Assembly: GCA_964016885.1 (NCBI GenBank)
Contig: OZ024740.1
Coordinates: 357,678,001 to 357,742,000, forward strand
Direction: 5' to 3'
Origin: Eledone cirrhosa
Taxonomy: Eukaryota
Length of the DNA stretch: 64,000 nucleotides
The notes under the pieces were generated by a model. It was not told where the DNA came from and did no database searches. It saw only the letters and a program-made list of their open reading frames with translations. Position 1 is the first letter of the stretch. Every line of letters starts with the position of its first letter. Positions 40,761-55,356 of this stretch are shown in pieces. Position numbers and translations under genes: made by a program.

Positions 40761-42017
40761 AAAAATTAACCTGGCTAAGACCAAAGTACTAGTTTGTAGG
40801 AAAGAAAACAAGGCGGCGGTCCCTTCTGGGAAATGGTCGTGCTCGGTGTGTAGGAAAGGCGTAGGTAGAAACTCCATTTTATGTCCTAAATGCAAAGTAT
40901 GGGTGCATAAAAGATGTAGTGGGATCACAGGTAAGCTAACTAAGAACATAGATTTTACATGTGGCCGGTGCTCTGGTGCAATAAGTAGCAGCAAGTGCCC
41001 ACAAAATACTAGCTCTTTCAATTGCGCAGAGGGTTCTATAGAAATAGTGGACAGCTTCCGTTACCTGGGCGATAAAATCAGCAGTGGGGGAGGGTGCTCT
41101 GAAAGTACTGTAGCTAGAGTCAGAACTGGTTGGAAAAAGTTCAGAGAGCTTATACCACTATTAGCTGCTAAAGGGTTCTCCCTAAAAATGAAAGGCAGGT
41201 TGTACGATGCCTGCATACGAACAGCAATGCTGCATGGCAGTGAGACCTGGGCATTGTGTGCAGAGGATATACGCAGACTAGAGAGGAACGAAGCTTGCAT
41301 GCTCCGCTGGATGTGTAACAGTAATATACGTGAACGGCAAAGCATAAACGAACTAAGGAAAAAATTAGAGATAAGAGGGATCAGATGTTGTTTACTCGAG
41401 AGAAGGCTACGTTGGTATGGACACGTGATGCGCATGAAAGTCGATAGCTGTATAACAAAGTGCAGGGCAATAAAGATAGACGGTAGTCACGGAATAGGCA
41501 GACCTAGAAAAACCTGGGACGAGCTGATAAACTCCGACATCACACACTTACACCTCTCCAAGACAATGTCACTGGACCGAGACCTTTGGCGGTACTCAGT
41601 AACAGAGAAGACCCGCCTTACCTAAATATATAGTAAAACCTACTCCAGCCAGTAGGCATCTCTAACAAAATACACCCCGTCCCACCACCACCACCCCCAC
41701 CCCATCCACACCACCCCGTTCTATGTAAAGTTATGTTGGTGCCGCGCCATCCAGGCCGAAACAAATGAGATCGTGTAGGTGTCACGACAAAAAACACACA
41801 GTCCACGCTGTAATGTGGCCGTGTAGGCAACACGGTAAAAACCTCCCAGACCCACACTGTAAATGTGGTTGGTGTTAGGAAGGGCATCCAACTGTAGAAA
41901 ACCTGCCAGACAGTCCTATGCGAGCAAGACGATCACTCTTGCCTCAAGTGGGACTACCCCCGTCCAAACCCATGCAAGCGTGGAACACGGACGTTAAACG
42001 TTGATGATGATGATGAT
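40761..42017 (+). mobile_element. 5'-truncated RTE family B copy (uninterrupted C-terminal frame)
   Basis: [10 protein letters not shown]...[28 protein letters not shown]...RLRWYGHV...TEKTRLT*; 3' UTR and (GAT)n tail. Confidence 0.95.
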
Positions 42018-42070
42018 ATATATATATATATGTATATATATGTATATATATGTATATATATATATATATA

Positions 42071-42680
42071 TGGTGGCTGCCAACTCGTTTTCGAGTACGG
42101 CCACTACTTTATATCCATGTAGGAGAACCCCTACCGATGCGCTGAACGAGTGTGACTTTTTAGTCCAGCCAGCGACTTGAAAACTCTGGTACAAACACTA
42201 CACTTGTGACAATTACTGACACATAGTGCTGGGCCCATGGTACCATGTGACGACAAGTGCAGAGAGATCTCCAGATATAAAGCAATGCCTGTGCCGTGAA
42301 GCTTTTATAGTGAGCAAAGGCACTGCACAAAGCCAGTCCCACTCTCTTAACCAAGATGATATTTACCAAAAAGAAGAACAAGTCAACATCATTGGATACC
42401 ATCAGGGTTGCAGGTGTTATATCAGAGTTTTCCTTCTCCTAGAATTCTGCCTTGACAAAGGCTAAGGGGTCATCTCTCCCGGTGATTTTGGATGGCCATT
42501 GACTCTTAAGAGCTCCTTTGCCCTTTGACAGGTTTTGTTTTTAGTCCTGCAGGATGTCCAAAGTCACCCTCCTCACCAAGAAACCTTGGTAGGGTTGCCA
42601 GTTTAGTCGCCAACGACCCGACCATGGGACAGGTTGTACTGGGATACATGTTACCAGTAGCACCAACTGGTGACCTGACA
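42071..42680 (-). mobile_element. Non-autonomous RTE-derived element; copies at 53562-54093(+), 55165-55306(+, 3' part), diverged 9743-10050(-)
   Basis: No RT coding; 3' end agtggccgtactcgaaaacgagttggcagccacca resembles the tail of the zinc-finger RTE at 55078-55113. Confidence 0.8.
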
Positions 42681-42731
42681 TAATATATATATATATGTAT
42701 ATATATGTATATATATATATGTATATATATG

Positions 42732-42764
<33 letters not shown>

Positions 42765-42765
42765 G

Positions 42766-42796
<31 letters not shown>

Positions 42797-42865
42797 GTAT
42801 ATGTATATATATGTATATCTATGTATATGTATATCTATGTATATGTATGTATATATATATATATT

Positions 42866-42906
<41 letters not shown>

Positions 42907-43089
42907 GTATATATATGTATATATATATATATGTATATATATGTATATATATATATATGTATATATATGTATATCTATATATATGTATATATATATGTAT
43001 ATATATGTATATATATATGTATATATATATATATATATCTATATATATGTATATATATATGTATATATATGTATATGTATATATATATG

Positions 43090-43138
<49 letters not shown>

Positions 43139-43213
43139 GTATATATATGTATATATATATGTATATATATATGTATATATATATATATATGTATATATAT
43201 GTATATATATATG

Positions 43214-43290
<77 letters not shown>

Positions 43291-43309
43291 GTATATGTAT
43301 ATATATATG

Positions 43310-43368
<59 letters not shown>

Positions 43369-43396
43369 GTATATGTATATATATATGTATATGTAT

Positions 43397-43452
<56 letters not shown>

Positions 43453-43559
43453 GTATATATATGTATATATATGTATATATATATATATATGTATATATAT
43501 GTATATATATGTATATATATGTATATATATGTATATATATATATGTATATATATATATG

Positions 43560-43625
<66 letters not shown>

Positions 43626-43658
43626 TGTATATATATGTATATATATATATATGTATAT

Positions 43659-44920
43659 AAAAATTAACCTGGCTAAGACCAAAGTACTAGTTTGTAGGAA
43701 AGAAAACAAGGCGGCGGTCCCTTCTGGGAAATGGTCGTGCTCGGTGTGTAGGAAAGGCGTAGGTAGAAACTCCATTTTATGTCCTAAATGCAAAGTATGG
43801 GTGCATAAAAGATGTAGTGGGATCACAGGTAAGCTAACTAAGAACATAGATTTTACATGTGGCCGGTGCTCTGGTGCAATAAGTAGCAGCAAGTGCCCAC
43901 AAAATACTAGCTCTTTCAATTGCGCAGAGGGTTCTATAGAAATAGTGGACAGCTTCCGTTACCTGGGCGATAAAATCAGCAGTGGGGGAGGGTGCTCTGA
44001 AAGTACTGTAGCTAGAGTCAGAACTGGTTGGAAAAAGTTCAGAGAGCTTATACCACTATTAGCTGCTAAAGGGTTCTCCCTAAAAATGAAAGGCAGGTTG
44101 TACGATGCCTGCATACGAACAGCAATGCTGCATGGCAGTGAGACCTGGGCATTGTGTGCAGAGGATATACGCAGACTAGAGAGGAACGAAGCTTGCATGC
44201 TCCGCTGGATGTGTAACAGTAATATACGTGAACGGCAAAGCATAAACGAACTAAGGAAAAAATTAGAGATAAGAGGGATCAGATGTTGTTTACTCGAGAG
44301 AAGGCTACGTTGGTATGGACACGTGATGCGCATGAAAGTCGATAGCTGTATAACAAAGTGCAGGGCAATAAAGATAGACGGTAGTCACGGAATAGGCAGA
44401 CCTAGAAAAACCTGGGACGAGCTGATAAACTCCGACATCACACACTTACACCTCTCCAAGACAATGTCACTGGACCGAGACCTTTGGCGGTACTCAGTAA
44501 CAGAGAAGACCCGCCTTACCTAAATATATAGTAAAACCTACTCCAGCCAGTAGGCATCTCTAACAAAATACACCCCGTCCCACCACCACCACCCCCACCC
44601 CATCCACACCACCCCGTTCTATGTAAAGTTATGTTGGTGCCGCGCCATCCAGGCCGAAACAAATGAGATCGTGTAGGTGTCACGACAAAAAACACACAGT
44701 CCACGCTGTAATGTGGCCGTGTAGGCAACACGGTAAAAACCTCCCAGACCCACACTGTAAATGTGGTTGGTGTTAGGAAGGGCATCCAACTGTAGAAAAC
44801 CTGCCAGACAGTCCTATGCGAGCAAGACGATCACTCTTGCCTCAAGTGGGACTACCCCCGTCCAAACCCATGCAAGCGTGGAACACGGACGTTAAACGTT
44901 GATGATGATGATGATGATGA
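43659..44920 (+). mobile_element. RTE family B copy, apparently identical duplicate of 40761-42017
   Basis: Same 5' breakpoint and identical ORF translations, offset 2898 bp. Confidence 0.95.
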
Positions 44921-45016
44921 TATATATATATATATGTATATATATGTATATATATGTATATATATATATATATGTATATATATGTATATATATGTATATA
45001 TATATGTATATATATG

Positions 45017-45056
<40 letters not shown>

Positions 45057-45120
45057 TGTATATATATGTATATGTATATATATGTATATCTATGTATATG
45101 TATATCTATGTATATGTATG

Positions 45121-45151
<31 letters not shown>

Positions 45152-45443
45152 GTATATATATGTATATATATATATATGTATATATATGTATATATATATA
45201 TATGTATATATATGTATATCTATATATATGTATATATATATGTATATATATGTATATATATATGTATATATATATATATATCTATCTATATATATATATA
45301 TCTATCTATATATATGTATATATATATATCTATATATATGTATATATATGTATATATATATATGTATATCTATATATATGTATATATATGTATATCTATA
45401 TGTATGTATATGTATATATATATGTATATATATATGTATATCT

Positions 45444-45477
<34 letters not shown>

Positions 45478-45902
45478 GTATATATATGTATATCTATATA
45501 TATGTATATATATATATGTATATATGTATATGTATGTAATGGAGGCACATGGCTTAGTGGTTAGAGCATTGGCCTTGCAATCGAAAGGTTGTGAGTTCAA
45601 TTCTCAGACCGGTTGATGTGTTGTCTCCTTGAGCAAGACACTTTATTTCACATTGCTCCAGTTTACTCAGCTGTAGAAATGAGATGATAGGGACTGGGTT
45701 CCCTATCATACCACTGTAAAGTGGACGTGTAGGCGCCACGGCAAAAAAGCACCCAGCACTCACTGTAAATGAGGTTGGTGTTAGGAAGGGCATCCAGCTG
45801 TAGAAATCAAGCCAGAATCAGTTCCCGTCCCACCCTTGCAAGCAGGGAAAAGCGGACGTAAAATGATGATGATGATGATATATATATATATGTATGTATA
45901 TG

Positions 45903-45934
<32 letters not shown>

Positions 45935-45992
45935 AATGTATATATATATATATATGTATGTATATATATATAAATGTATATATATATAAATG

Positions 45993-46023
<31 letters not shown>

Positions 46024-46673
46024 GTGTATATATATATGTATGTATTTATATATCTATGTATGCATATCTATGTATGTATATATATCTGTGTATATATATC
46101 TGTGTATATGTATCTATGTATGTATATATCTATGTATGTATATCTATGTATGTATATATCTATGTATGTATATATATATCTATGTATGTATATATATATC
46201 TATGTATGCATATATATATCTATGTATGTATATATATATCTATGTATGCATATATATATCTATGTATGCATATATATCTATGTATGTATATATATCTATG
46301 TATGTATATATATCTATGTATGTATATATATCTATGTATGTATATATATCTGTGTATGTATATATATCTATGTATATATCTATATCTATGTATGAATATA
46401 TATCTATGTATGTATATATATATATCTATCTATGTATGTATATATATATCTATGTATATATATATATCTATGTATGTATATCTATGTATGTATATCTATG
46501 TATGTATATGTATGTATGTATATATATATCTATGTATGTATATATATATCTATGTATGTATATATATGTATGTATATATTTATGTATGTATATATACATA
46601 TATATATTTATATATATATATATATATACACATATATATACATACATATATACATATATATATACATATATAT

Positions 46674-46712
<39 letters not shown>

Positions 46713-47143
46713 TATATACACATATATATTATATATATATATATATATACATACATATATACATATATATACATATATATATACATGATGGAGGCACATG
46801 GCTTAGTGGTTAGAGCATTGGCCTTGCAATCGAAAGGTTGTGAGTTCAATTCTCAGACCGGGTGATGTGTTGTTTCCTTGAGCAAGATACTTTATTTCAC
46901 ATTGCTCCAGTTTACTCAGCTGTAGAAATGAGATGATAGGGACTGGGGTCCATATCATTCCAAAGTGGTCGTGGAGGTGCCACGGCAAAAAAGCACCCAG
47001 GACTCACTGTAAATGAGGTTGGTGTTAGGAAGGGCATCCAGCTGTAGAAATCAAGCCAGAATCAGTTCCTGTCCCACCCTTGCAAGCAGGGAAAAGCGAA
47101 CATAAAATGAAATGAAAAAAACACATATATATATACATATATA

Positions 47144-47181
<38 letters not shown>

Positions 47182-47212
47182 ATATATACATATATATATA
47201 CATATATATACA

Positions 47213-50200
47213 TATCATCATCATCATCGTTTAACGTCCATTTTCCACGCTAGCATGGGTCTGGACGGGAATTGTCCACTTGAGGCAAGATGGGTTGTCT
47301 TGCTCAGGCCTGTCTGGCGAGTTTTCTACGGCTGGATGCCCTTCCTAAAACCAACCACGTTTACAGTGTGGAGTGGGAGGTTTTTACCATGTGACCTACA
47401 CGGCCACATTACACCGTGGACTGTGTGTTTTTTTGTCGTGTCACCTATACGTCTGGCGGGTTTTCTACGGCTGGGTGCCCTTCCCAACACCAACCATGTT
47501 TACAGTGTGTACTGGGAGATTTTTACCGTGTTACCTACACGGCCACATTACACCGTGGACTGTGTGTTTTTTTGTAGTGACACCTACACGACCTCATTTG
47601 TTTCGGACTAGATGTTGTGGTACCAACATAACTTCACATTTCAGGGGGTGGTGTGGATGGGGTGGGGGTAGTGGGACGGGGTGTATTTTGTTATAGGTGC
47701 CTACTGACTGTAGGTTTCGCTTTGTACTTAGGCAAGGCGGGTCTTCTGTATGACTATGTAGTGCCAAAGATCTCGGTCCAGTGACATTGTCTTGGAGAGG
47801 TGTAAGTGTGTGAGGTCGGAATTTATCAAGTCGTCCCAGGTTTTTTCTGGGTCTGCCTACTCCGTGGCTACCGTCTATTTTTATCGCCCTGCATTTTTTT
47901 ATACAGCTGTCGTCTTTGATGCGCATCACGTGACCGTGCCAACGTAGTCTTCTCTCGAGTAAACAACATCTTGATCTCTCTTATTCATAATTTCTCCCTT
48001 AGTTCGTTTATGCTTTGCCGTTCACGTATATTACTATCACACATCCAGCAGAGCATGCAAGCTTCGTTCCTCTCCAGTCTGCGTATATCCTCTGCACACA
48101 ATGCCCAGGCCTCACTGCCATGTAACATTGCTGTTCGTATACCGGCATCATACAGCCTGCCTTTCATTTTTAGAGAGAACCCTTTAGCAGCCAATAGTGG
48201 TATAAGCTCTCTGAACTTTTTCCATCCCGTTCTGACTCTAGCTACTGTACTTTCAGAGCACCCTCCCCCGCTGCTGATTTTGTCACCCAGGTAGCGGAAG
48301 GTGTCCACTATTTCTATAGAACCATCTGTATTCTGTGGGCACTTGCTGCTACTTATTGCACCAGAGCACCGGCCACATATAAAATCTATATTGTTAGTTA
48401 GCTTACCTGTGATCCCACTACATCTTTTATGCACCTATACTTTGCATTTGGGATATAAAATGGAGTTTCTGTTTACTCCTTTCCTACACACTGAGCATGG
48501 CCATTTCCCAGATGGGACCCGTGCCCTATTTTCCTTCCTACAAACTAGAACTTTAGTCTTAGACAAGTTAACTTTAAGTCCTTTTGATTCTAGGCCATAC
48601 TTCCATGTTTGGAATTTCTTCTCTAGTTCAGCCATTGATTCAGCTATGAGCGTTAGACCATCTGCATATAGGAGTTCCCATGGGCAGCCGGTCTTGAACT
48701 CCTCTGTTATAGCCTGAAGGGCAATAATAAATAATAGGGGGCTAAGAACGGAGCCCTGATGAACACCAACTTTTACGCTAAACTCTTCACTATATTCGTT
48801 GTTAATTCTAACCTTGCTGACTGTTTCTTTATACATGGCTTGTATAGCTCTCACAAGCCATTCATTAACACATAGTTTTCTAAGCGCCCACCAGATAATG
48901 GAGCGGGGGACTCTGTCATAGGCTTTCTCCAAGTCAACAAAAGCTAACTATAGGGGTTTACTTTTAGCTAGGTACTTCTCCTGTAGTTGTCGTACAATGA
49001 AAAGAGCGTCTGTGGTACTTTTGCCTGACACAAACCCGAACTGCATTTCATCTAGATCAATTCTCTCTCTGATTAATTGCGCTATTACTTTTTCTGTGAC
49101 CTTCATGACCTGGTCGATTAATTTAATGCCTCTATAGTTACTCCTATCTAGGGCACCTCCTTTACCCCTGTAGCAGTTAATGATGATGCTGCTACGCCAG
49201 TCCTTCGGAACAACCCCATTCTCTATGACTTGGTTTACTATCCGAGTGACCATAGTGAGTCCCACCGTTCCAGATGCTTTCAGCATTTCAGCAACTATTT
49301 CCGAAGGCCCAGCCGCCTTACCCGTCTCCATATCTTTGATTGCCTTACTTATACTACTTTCAACTAGCATTGCTGGTCCCTCTATTGGATCGATGTCTTT
49401 CTCCCATTTATTCTCCTCATTTAGTAGCCTTTCGTACTGACACTTCCAAGCTACCTTCTTATCAGCGTCAGTGATGTCAAGTACACCATCATCAATAAGG
49501 ACATACCTCTCCCTGACAATATCACGGTTTTCCTTGACACATTGCCTAGCAATCCTGAACACTTCACGTTTTTGGTCCTCACGTTGTAGAACATGCTTGA
49601 ACATTCTTTCCTCTGCTTCCCTTCTTGCGAAGTAGACTTGTCTCCTAGCTTCCCTCCTGGCCACTTGATAGTCTTCTCCACTTCCCCCATCCCACCATAC
49701 TTTCCAAGCCTGCTTTTTGGCCTTAATTGACTCCTCGACCTTACTGTTCTACCACCACGTTACTCTCCTCCTGCCTATAGGCCTGCTCCAGCCACAGACT
49801 TCATCTGCCGCCTTAAGCAGGTTAGCTTTCCGGAATTCCCACTGTTCCTCTATATTGTACGACTCTAATTGCTCTTCCTTACTGTCGAAAGCATCAAGTA
49901 ATATGCTTTTAAATTTATTACTGGCTGTGGGGTCCTTTAGCTTCCATATTTTCCCCCTGAGGATAGTCCTCCTCTGTTGTTGAGTACGTCTTGTCCTGAC
50001 TATGAGTCTATGTTGGGAGGTGCATTCTTCATGGGGGAGGGATTTAGTATTTACAACAGACATTCTATCACGTCTTCTGGTAAGGATATAATCTATCTGA
50101 CTGGCGTGTTCCCCTGATCTATAGGTGATCAAGTGATTGTCTCGTTTTTTGAAGTTAGTGTTACAGATAGTTAGGTTATTTGCATCGCAGAATTCCAGGA

Positions 50201-51445
50201 TTCTGGAGCCTTCCTCATTTCTAGTACCAAACCCATAGCCTCCATGGATTCCGTCATAGCCGTCACAATGTTGTCCAACGTGTCCATTTAGGTCGCAAGC
50301 AATAATTAAATAGTCGCTGTCGGTTATTTGGGAGGTAGTGTGCATTAGCGACTCATAGAATCTGTCTTTTATAGCGCCAGGGAGTCCGGATTGGGGTGCA
50401 TACGCAGATATTACTGTCACAGTAGTTCTATTTAGGACAAGTCTTATTTTAATTATTCTGTCACTCTATTTACGTCTATTATCTAATCTACCCATTTTTC
50501 TCTAACATGATTCCTACCCCACCCAGCCCATTTTCATTTCCCACCCAGAAAAGCTTATAGCATCGTTTTTTACCCACAATGAATCTAGCAGACCCACCCC
50601 TCCACCTGGTCTCTTGGATACAGCAAATATCAACCTCTTTACGTTCAAGCATTTCTACAACCTCGTTAGAGCGACCTTTTAAGGTGCCTACATTTATGGT
50701 ACCAACTCTGAAGTTTTGGATTGCGTTTGGTGGGAGGGAACGGTGGGGCGCGGGGATGGGGTTGGAGTTATGTTGGCCATCCGCGGCCGAAACAAAGAGG
50801 AGGAGTCCTTGTCTTTTCGTCTGGCAGCATGTGGTGAATTTTTCTTTATCATTGTCACTGAGTGTCCAGATTTTTCAGACTCTCCAGAATTCCATAGTCC
50901 ATCCATCATATCGGCAAGCAACCAGAAGTGATAGCATAGGCCGCTGACTTATGATTGGTCCTAATAATAATGGTGGAGAGTGGGGGCGGGTGGCAGGGGT
51001 ATGGGTAGTTAGCGAGAGGGTTTAAATGAAATCTTCGAATTTTGGGCATAATTGGACAAGCATATAACAGTAATAATAAGCGAATAATGGGGTTTTAAAA
51101 TACAAGAAGATTATTTATAAACAACCAGACAGAATTATAGAATAGCATTGAGAGAGAGCAAAAGATTGGATTCTGGGCGATGATATGGATATATGAATGA
51201 ATGGACCGATAGGCTGGAGAGAGATAAGAAAAATGGCATTTACATTACACTTCGCAGGGGACGACGAGGTCTGACCATTAATAAGCGTTGACAAATTCTG
51301 AGATTCGTATCTCGTAACAGGTTTATTTATATTTGGTGAGAGAAGAGAGTGATTGAAAGGGTGAACTAGCCGGCGCGTAATACGATATAGTGGGGGGAAG
51401 GGTAAAGATTAAGAGGGACAAGGAGGCCATTTTATACATCCTAGA
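47213..51445 (-). mobile_element. Near full-length decayed RTE family B LINE (APE + RT + PHD-like finger)
   Basis: Minus-strand ORF pieces 49749-50420 (APE), 48948-49664, 48435-48932 (YADG), 47985-48434, 47594-47929; internally duplicated 3' UTR; 5' boundary approximate. Confidence 0.9.
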
Positions 51446-51466
51446 ATTATATATGTATATATATGT

Positions 51467-53388
51467 CATCATCATCATAATCGTTTAACATCCATATTTC
51501 GCACTTGCATGGGTTTGGACGGGAGTTTTCCCACTTGAGGCAAGAGTGGTTGTCTTGCTCGCATAGGACTGCCTGGCGGATTTTCTATGGCTGGATGCCC
51601 TTCCTAACACCAACCACATTTACAGTGTGGAACTCGGAGGTTTTTACCGTGTTACCTACACGGCCACATTACAGCGTGGACTGTATGTTTTTTTTTCGTG
51701 ACACCTACACGATCTCATTTGTTTCGGCCTGGATGTTGTGGCACCAACATAACTTTACATTGAAAGGGGCGGGGGTGTATTTTGTTAGAGATGCCTACTG
51801 ACTGTAGTAGGTTTTACTTTGTATTTAGGTAAGGTGGGTCTTCTCTATTACTGAGTACCGCCAAAGGTCTCGGTCCAGTGACATTGTCTTGGAGAGGTGT
51901 AAGTGTGTGAGGTCGGAATTTATCAGCTCGTCCCAGGTTTTTCTGGGTCTGCTTACTCCGTGGCTACCGTCTATTTTTATTGCCCTGCACTTTTTTATAC
52001 AGCTGTCGTCTTTCATGCACATCACGTGACCATACCAACGTAGCCTTCTCTCGAGTAAACAACATCTGATCCCTCTTATTTCTAATTTTTCCCTTAGTTC
52101 GTTTATGCTTTGCCGTTCACGTATATTACTATTACACATCCAGCGCAGCATGCAAGCTTCGTTCCTCTCTAGTCTGCGTATATCCTCTGCACACAATGCC
52201 CAGGTCTCACTGCCATGCAACATTGCTGTTCGTATGCAGGCATCATACAGCCTGCCTTTCATTTTTAGGGAGAACCCTTTAGCGGCTAATAGTGGTATAA
52301 GCTCTCTGAACTTTTTCCATCCAGTTCTGACTCTAGCTACTGTACTTTCAGAGCACCCTCCCCCACTGCTGATTTTGTCACCCAGGTAACGGAAGGTGTC
52401 CACTATTTCTATAGAACCATCTGTACAATTGAAAGAGCTAGTATTCTGTGGGCACTTGCTGCTACTTATTGCACCAGAACACCGGCCACATATAAAATCT
52501 ATGTTCTTAGTTAGCTTACCTGTGATCCCACTACATCTTTTATGCACCCATACTTTGCATTTGGGACATAAAATGGAGTTTCTACCTACTCCTTTCCTAC
52601 ACACTGAGCATGGCCATTTCCCGGATGGGACCGGCGCCCTATTTTCCTTCCTACAAACTAGAACTTTAGTCTTAGACAGGTTAATTTTAGGCCTTTTGAT
52701 TCTAGGCCATGCTTCCATGTTTGGAATTTCTTCTCTAGTTCAGCCATTGATTCAGCTATGAGCGTTAGATCATCTGCGCATAGGAGTTCCCATGGGTAGC
52801 CGGTCTTGAACTCCACTGTTATAGCCTGAAGGGCAATAATAAATAGTAGGGGGCTAAGAACGGAGCCCTGATGAACACCAACTTTTACGCTAAACTCTTC
52901 ACTATATTCGTTGTTAATTCTAACCTTGCTGACTGTTTCTTTATACATGGCTTGTATAGCTCTCACAAGCCATTCATCAACACCTAGTTTTCTAAGAGCC
53001 CACCAGATAATGGAACGGGGGACTCTGTCGAAGGCTTTCTCCAAGTCGACAAAAGCTAAGTATAGGGGTTTACTTTTATCTAGGTACTTCTCCTGTAGTT
53101 GTCGTACAATGAAAAGAGCTTCTGTGGTACTTTTGCCTGACACAAACCCGAACTGCATTTCATCTAGATCAATTCTCTCTCTGATTAATTGCGCTATTAC
53201 TTTTTCTGTGACCTTCATGACCTGGTCGATTAATTTAATGCCTCTATAGTTACTCCTATCTAGGGCACCTCCTTTACCCCTGTAGCAGTTAATGATGCTG
53301 CTGCTACGCCAGTCCTTCGGGACAACCCCATTCTGAATGACTTGGTTTACTATCCGGGTGACCATGGTGTGTCCCACCGTTCCAGAAT
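51467..53388 (-). mobile_element. 5'-truncated RTE family B copy
   Basis: RT core ([19 protein letters not shown]) and C-terminus in two frames (52658-53388, 51825-52718). Confidence 0.93.
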
Positions 53389-54120
53389 GTATATGTATAT
53401 ATATGTATATATATATATATATGTATGTATATATATGTATATATATATATGTATATATATATATATGTATATATATATATGTATATATATATGTATGTAT
53501 ATGTATATATATATATGTATGTATATATGTGTGTATATATATACACACATATATACATACATATCCCAGTACAACCTGTCTCATGGTCGGGTCGTTGGTG
53601 ACTAAACTGGCAACCCCACCAAGGTTTCTTGGTGAGGAGGGTGACTTTGGACATCCTGCAGGACTAAAAACAAAACCTGTCAAAGGGCAAAGGAGCTCTT
53701 AAGAGTCAATGGCCATCCAAATTCACCGGGAGAGATGACCCCTAAGCCTTTGTCAAGGAAGAATTCTAGGAGAAGGAAACTCTGATATAACACCTGCAAC
53801 CCTGATGGTATTCAATGGTGTTGACTTGTCCTTCTTTTTGGTAAATATCATCTTGGTTAAGAGAGTGGGACTGGCGCAGGCATTTCTTTGTATCTGGAGA
53901 TCTCTCTGCACTTGTCATCACATGGTACCATGGGCCCAGCACTGTGTGTCAATAATTGTCACAAGTGTAGTGTTTGTACCAGAGTTTTCAAGTCGCTGGC
54001 TGAACTAAAAAGTCACACTTGTTCAGTGCATCGGTAGGTGTCCTACATGGATATAAAGTAGTGGCCGTACTCGAAAACGAGTTGGCAACCACCATATATA
54101 TACATATATGTATATATATA

Positions 54121-55113
54121 TTGGAGCGTTTCCATCAGATGTGTCCCAGACGGATCCATGGCGTTCACTGGAGGGACCACATCAGTGATGTCGAGATTTT
54201 GGAAAGCTCTATGTGTGACAGTATAGAAGTTCTTGTGCTTAAGCAATGACTCCGTTGGAGTGGTCACCTTGCCAGGATGAAGGATTCTAGAATACCAAAA
54301 CAACTCTTTTATGGAGAGTTGGTTAAAGGAAAACGACCGCCACATAAATCAAAAAAGAGGTATAAGGATTCCTTGAAAGCCTCTTTGAAAGACGCTAATA
54401 TTGCTGCTGATCGTAATAAATGGAGAAAGACTGTATATGAGGGAAAAGTTGCCTTTGAGGCATCTCGAATCGCATACGAGAAAGTATGCGAGGATGTGAG
54501 GAAGGGCATTTCTGTTACACTTCCAGACGGCGAGGGTCCTCCTATGGTGCTGACATGCAGCGTCTGTGCGAGACTCTGCCTAAGCAAAGCTGGACTCGAA
54601 AGTCATCTTCGCAGTCATAAAGTAAGACCAGTGGTTGACTACCAGGCTGCTGTTGGAGATGCTACTCATCATGCTTGCCAAACATGTGGTAGAGAATGTA
54701 AATCAGCAGGAGGGCTCAAGCGACATGCAAAACTACACAAACTCCAACCACAGCCGACTATTCCCAGTGAATGTTTTGGTTGCCGACTCTGTGCAAGACA
54801 TTTTAGATCATTGGCTGGGCTAAAAAGCCACATTCGATCGCAGCGCTGTTAGTTGCTATCGTGTGTGTGTATAGATATGTTTATGTGTGCGTGTATGTGT
54901 ATATATATATATGTATATTATTATTGTTGTTGTCGTTATTATTATTGTTATTATTGTTATTATTATTATTATTATTATTAATGTATGTGTGTGTATATAT
55001 GTATATGTATGTGTGTGTATATATATATATTTCTTTTTTTATTTTATTTATATTTATTTAATTTTTTTTTTCTCCGTGCAATGGCCATACTCGATAACGA
55101 GGGGGCAGCCATC
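54121..55113 (+). mobile_element. 3' fragment of a BovB-like RTE LINE with three C-terminal C2H2 zinc fingers
   Basis: LERFHQ...LRWSGHLARMKDSRIPKQLFYGEL...RYKD, then CSVCARLCLSKAGLESHLRSH, CQTCGRECKSAGGLKRHAKLH, CRLCARHFRSLAGLKSHIRSQ; hairpin tail at 55078-55113. Confidence 0.88.
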
Positions 55114-55305
55114 ATGTATATATATATGTATGTATGTATATATATATATATATATATATGTATAATGGTCACAGGTGTAGTGTTTGTACCAGAGTTTTCA
55201 AGTCGCTGGCTGGACTAAAAAGTCACACTCGTTCAGCGCATCGGTAAGGGTCTTCTACATGGATATAAAGTAGTGGCCGTACTCGAAAACGAGTTGGCAG
55301 CCACC

Positions 55306-55356
<51 letters not shown>

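Noticed and set aside
54277-54852. Host C2H2 zinc-finger gene
   Set aside because: Fingers follow the RTE C-terminal motifs LRWxGHxxRM and RYKD and a LINE tail; it is a retroelement fragment.
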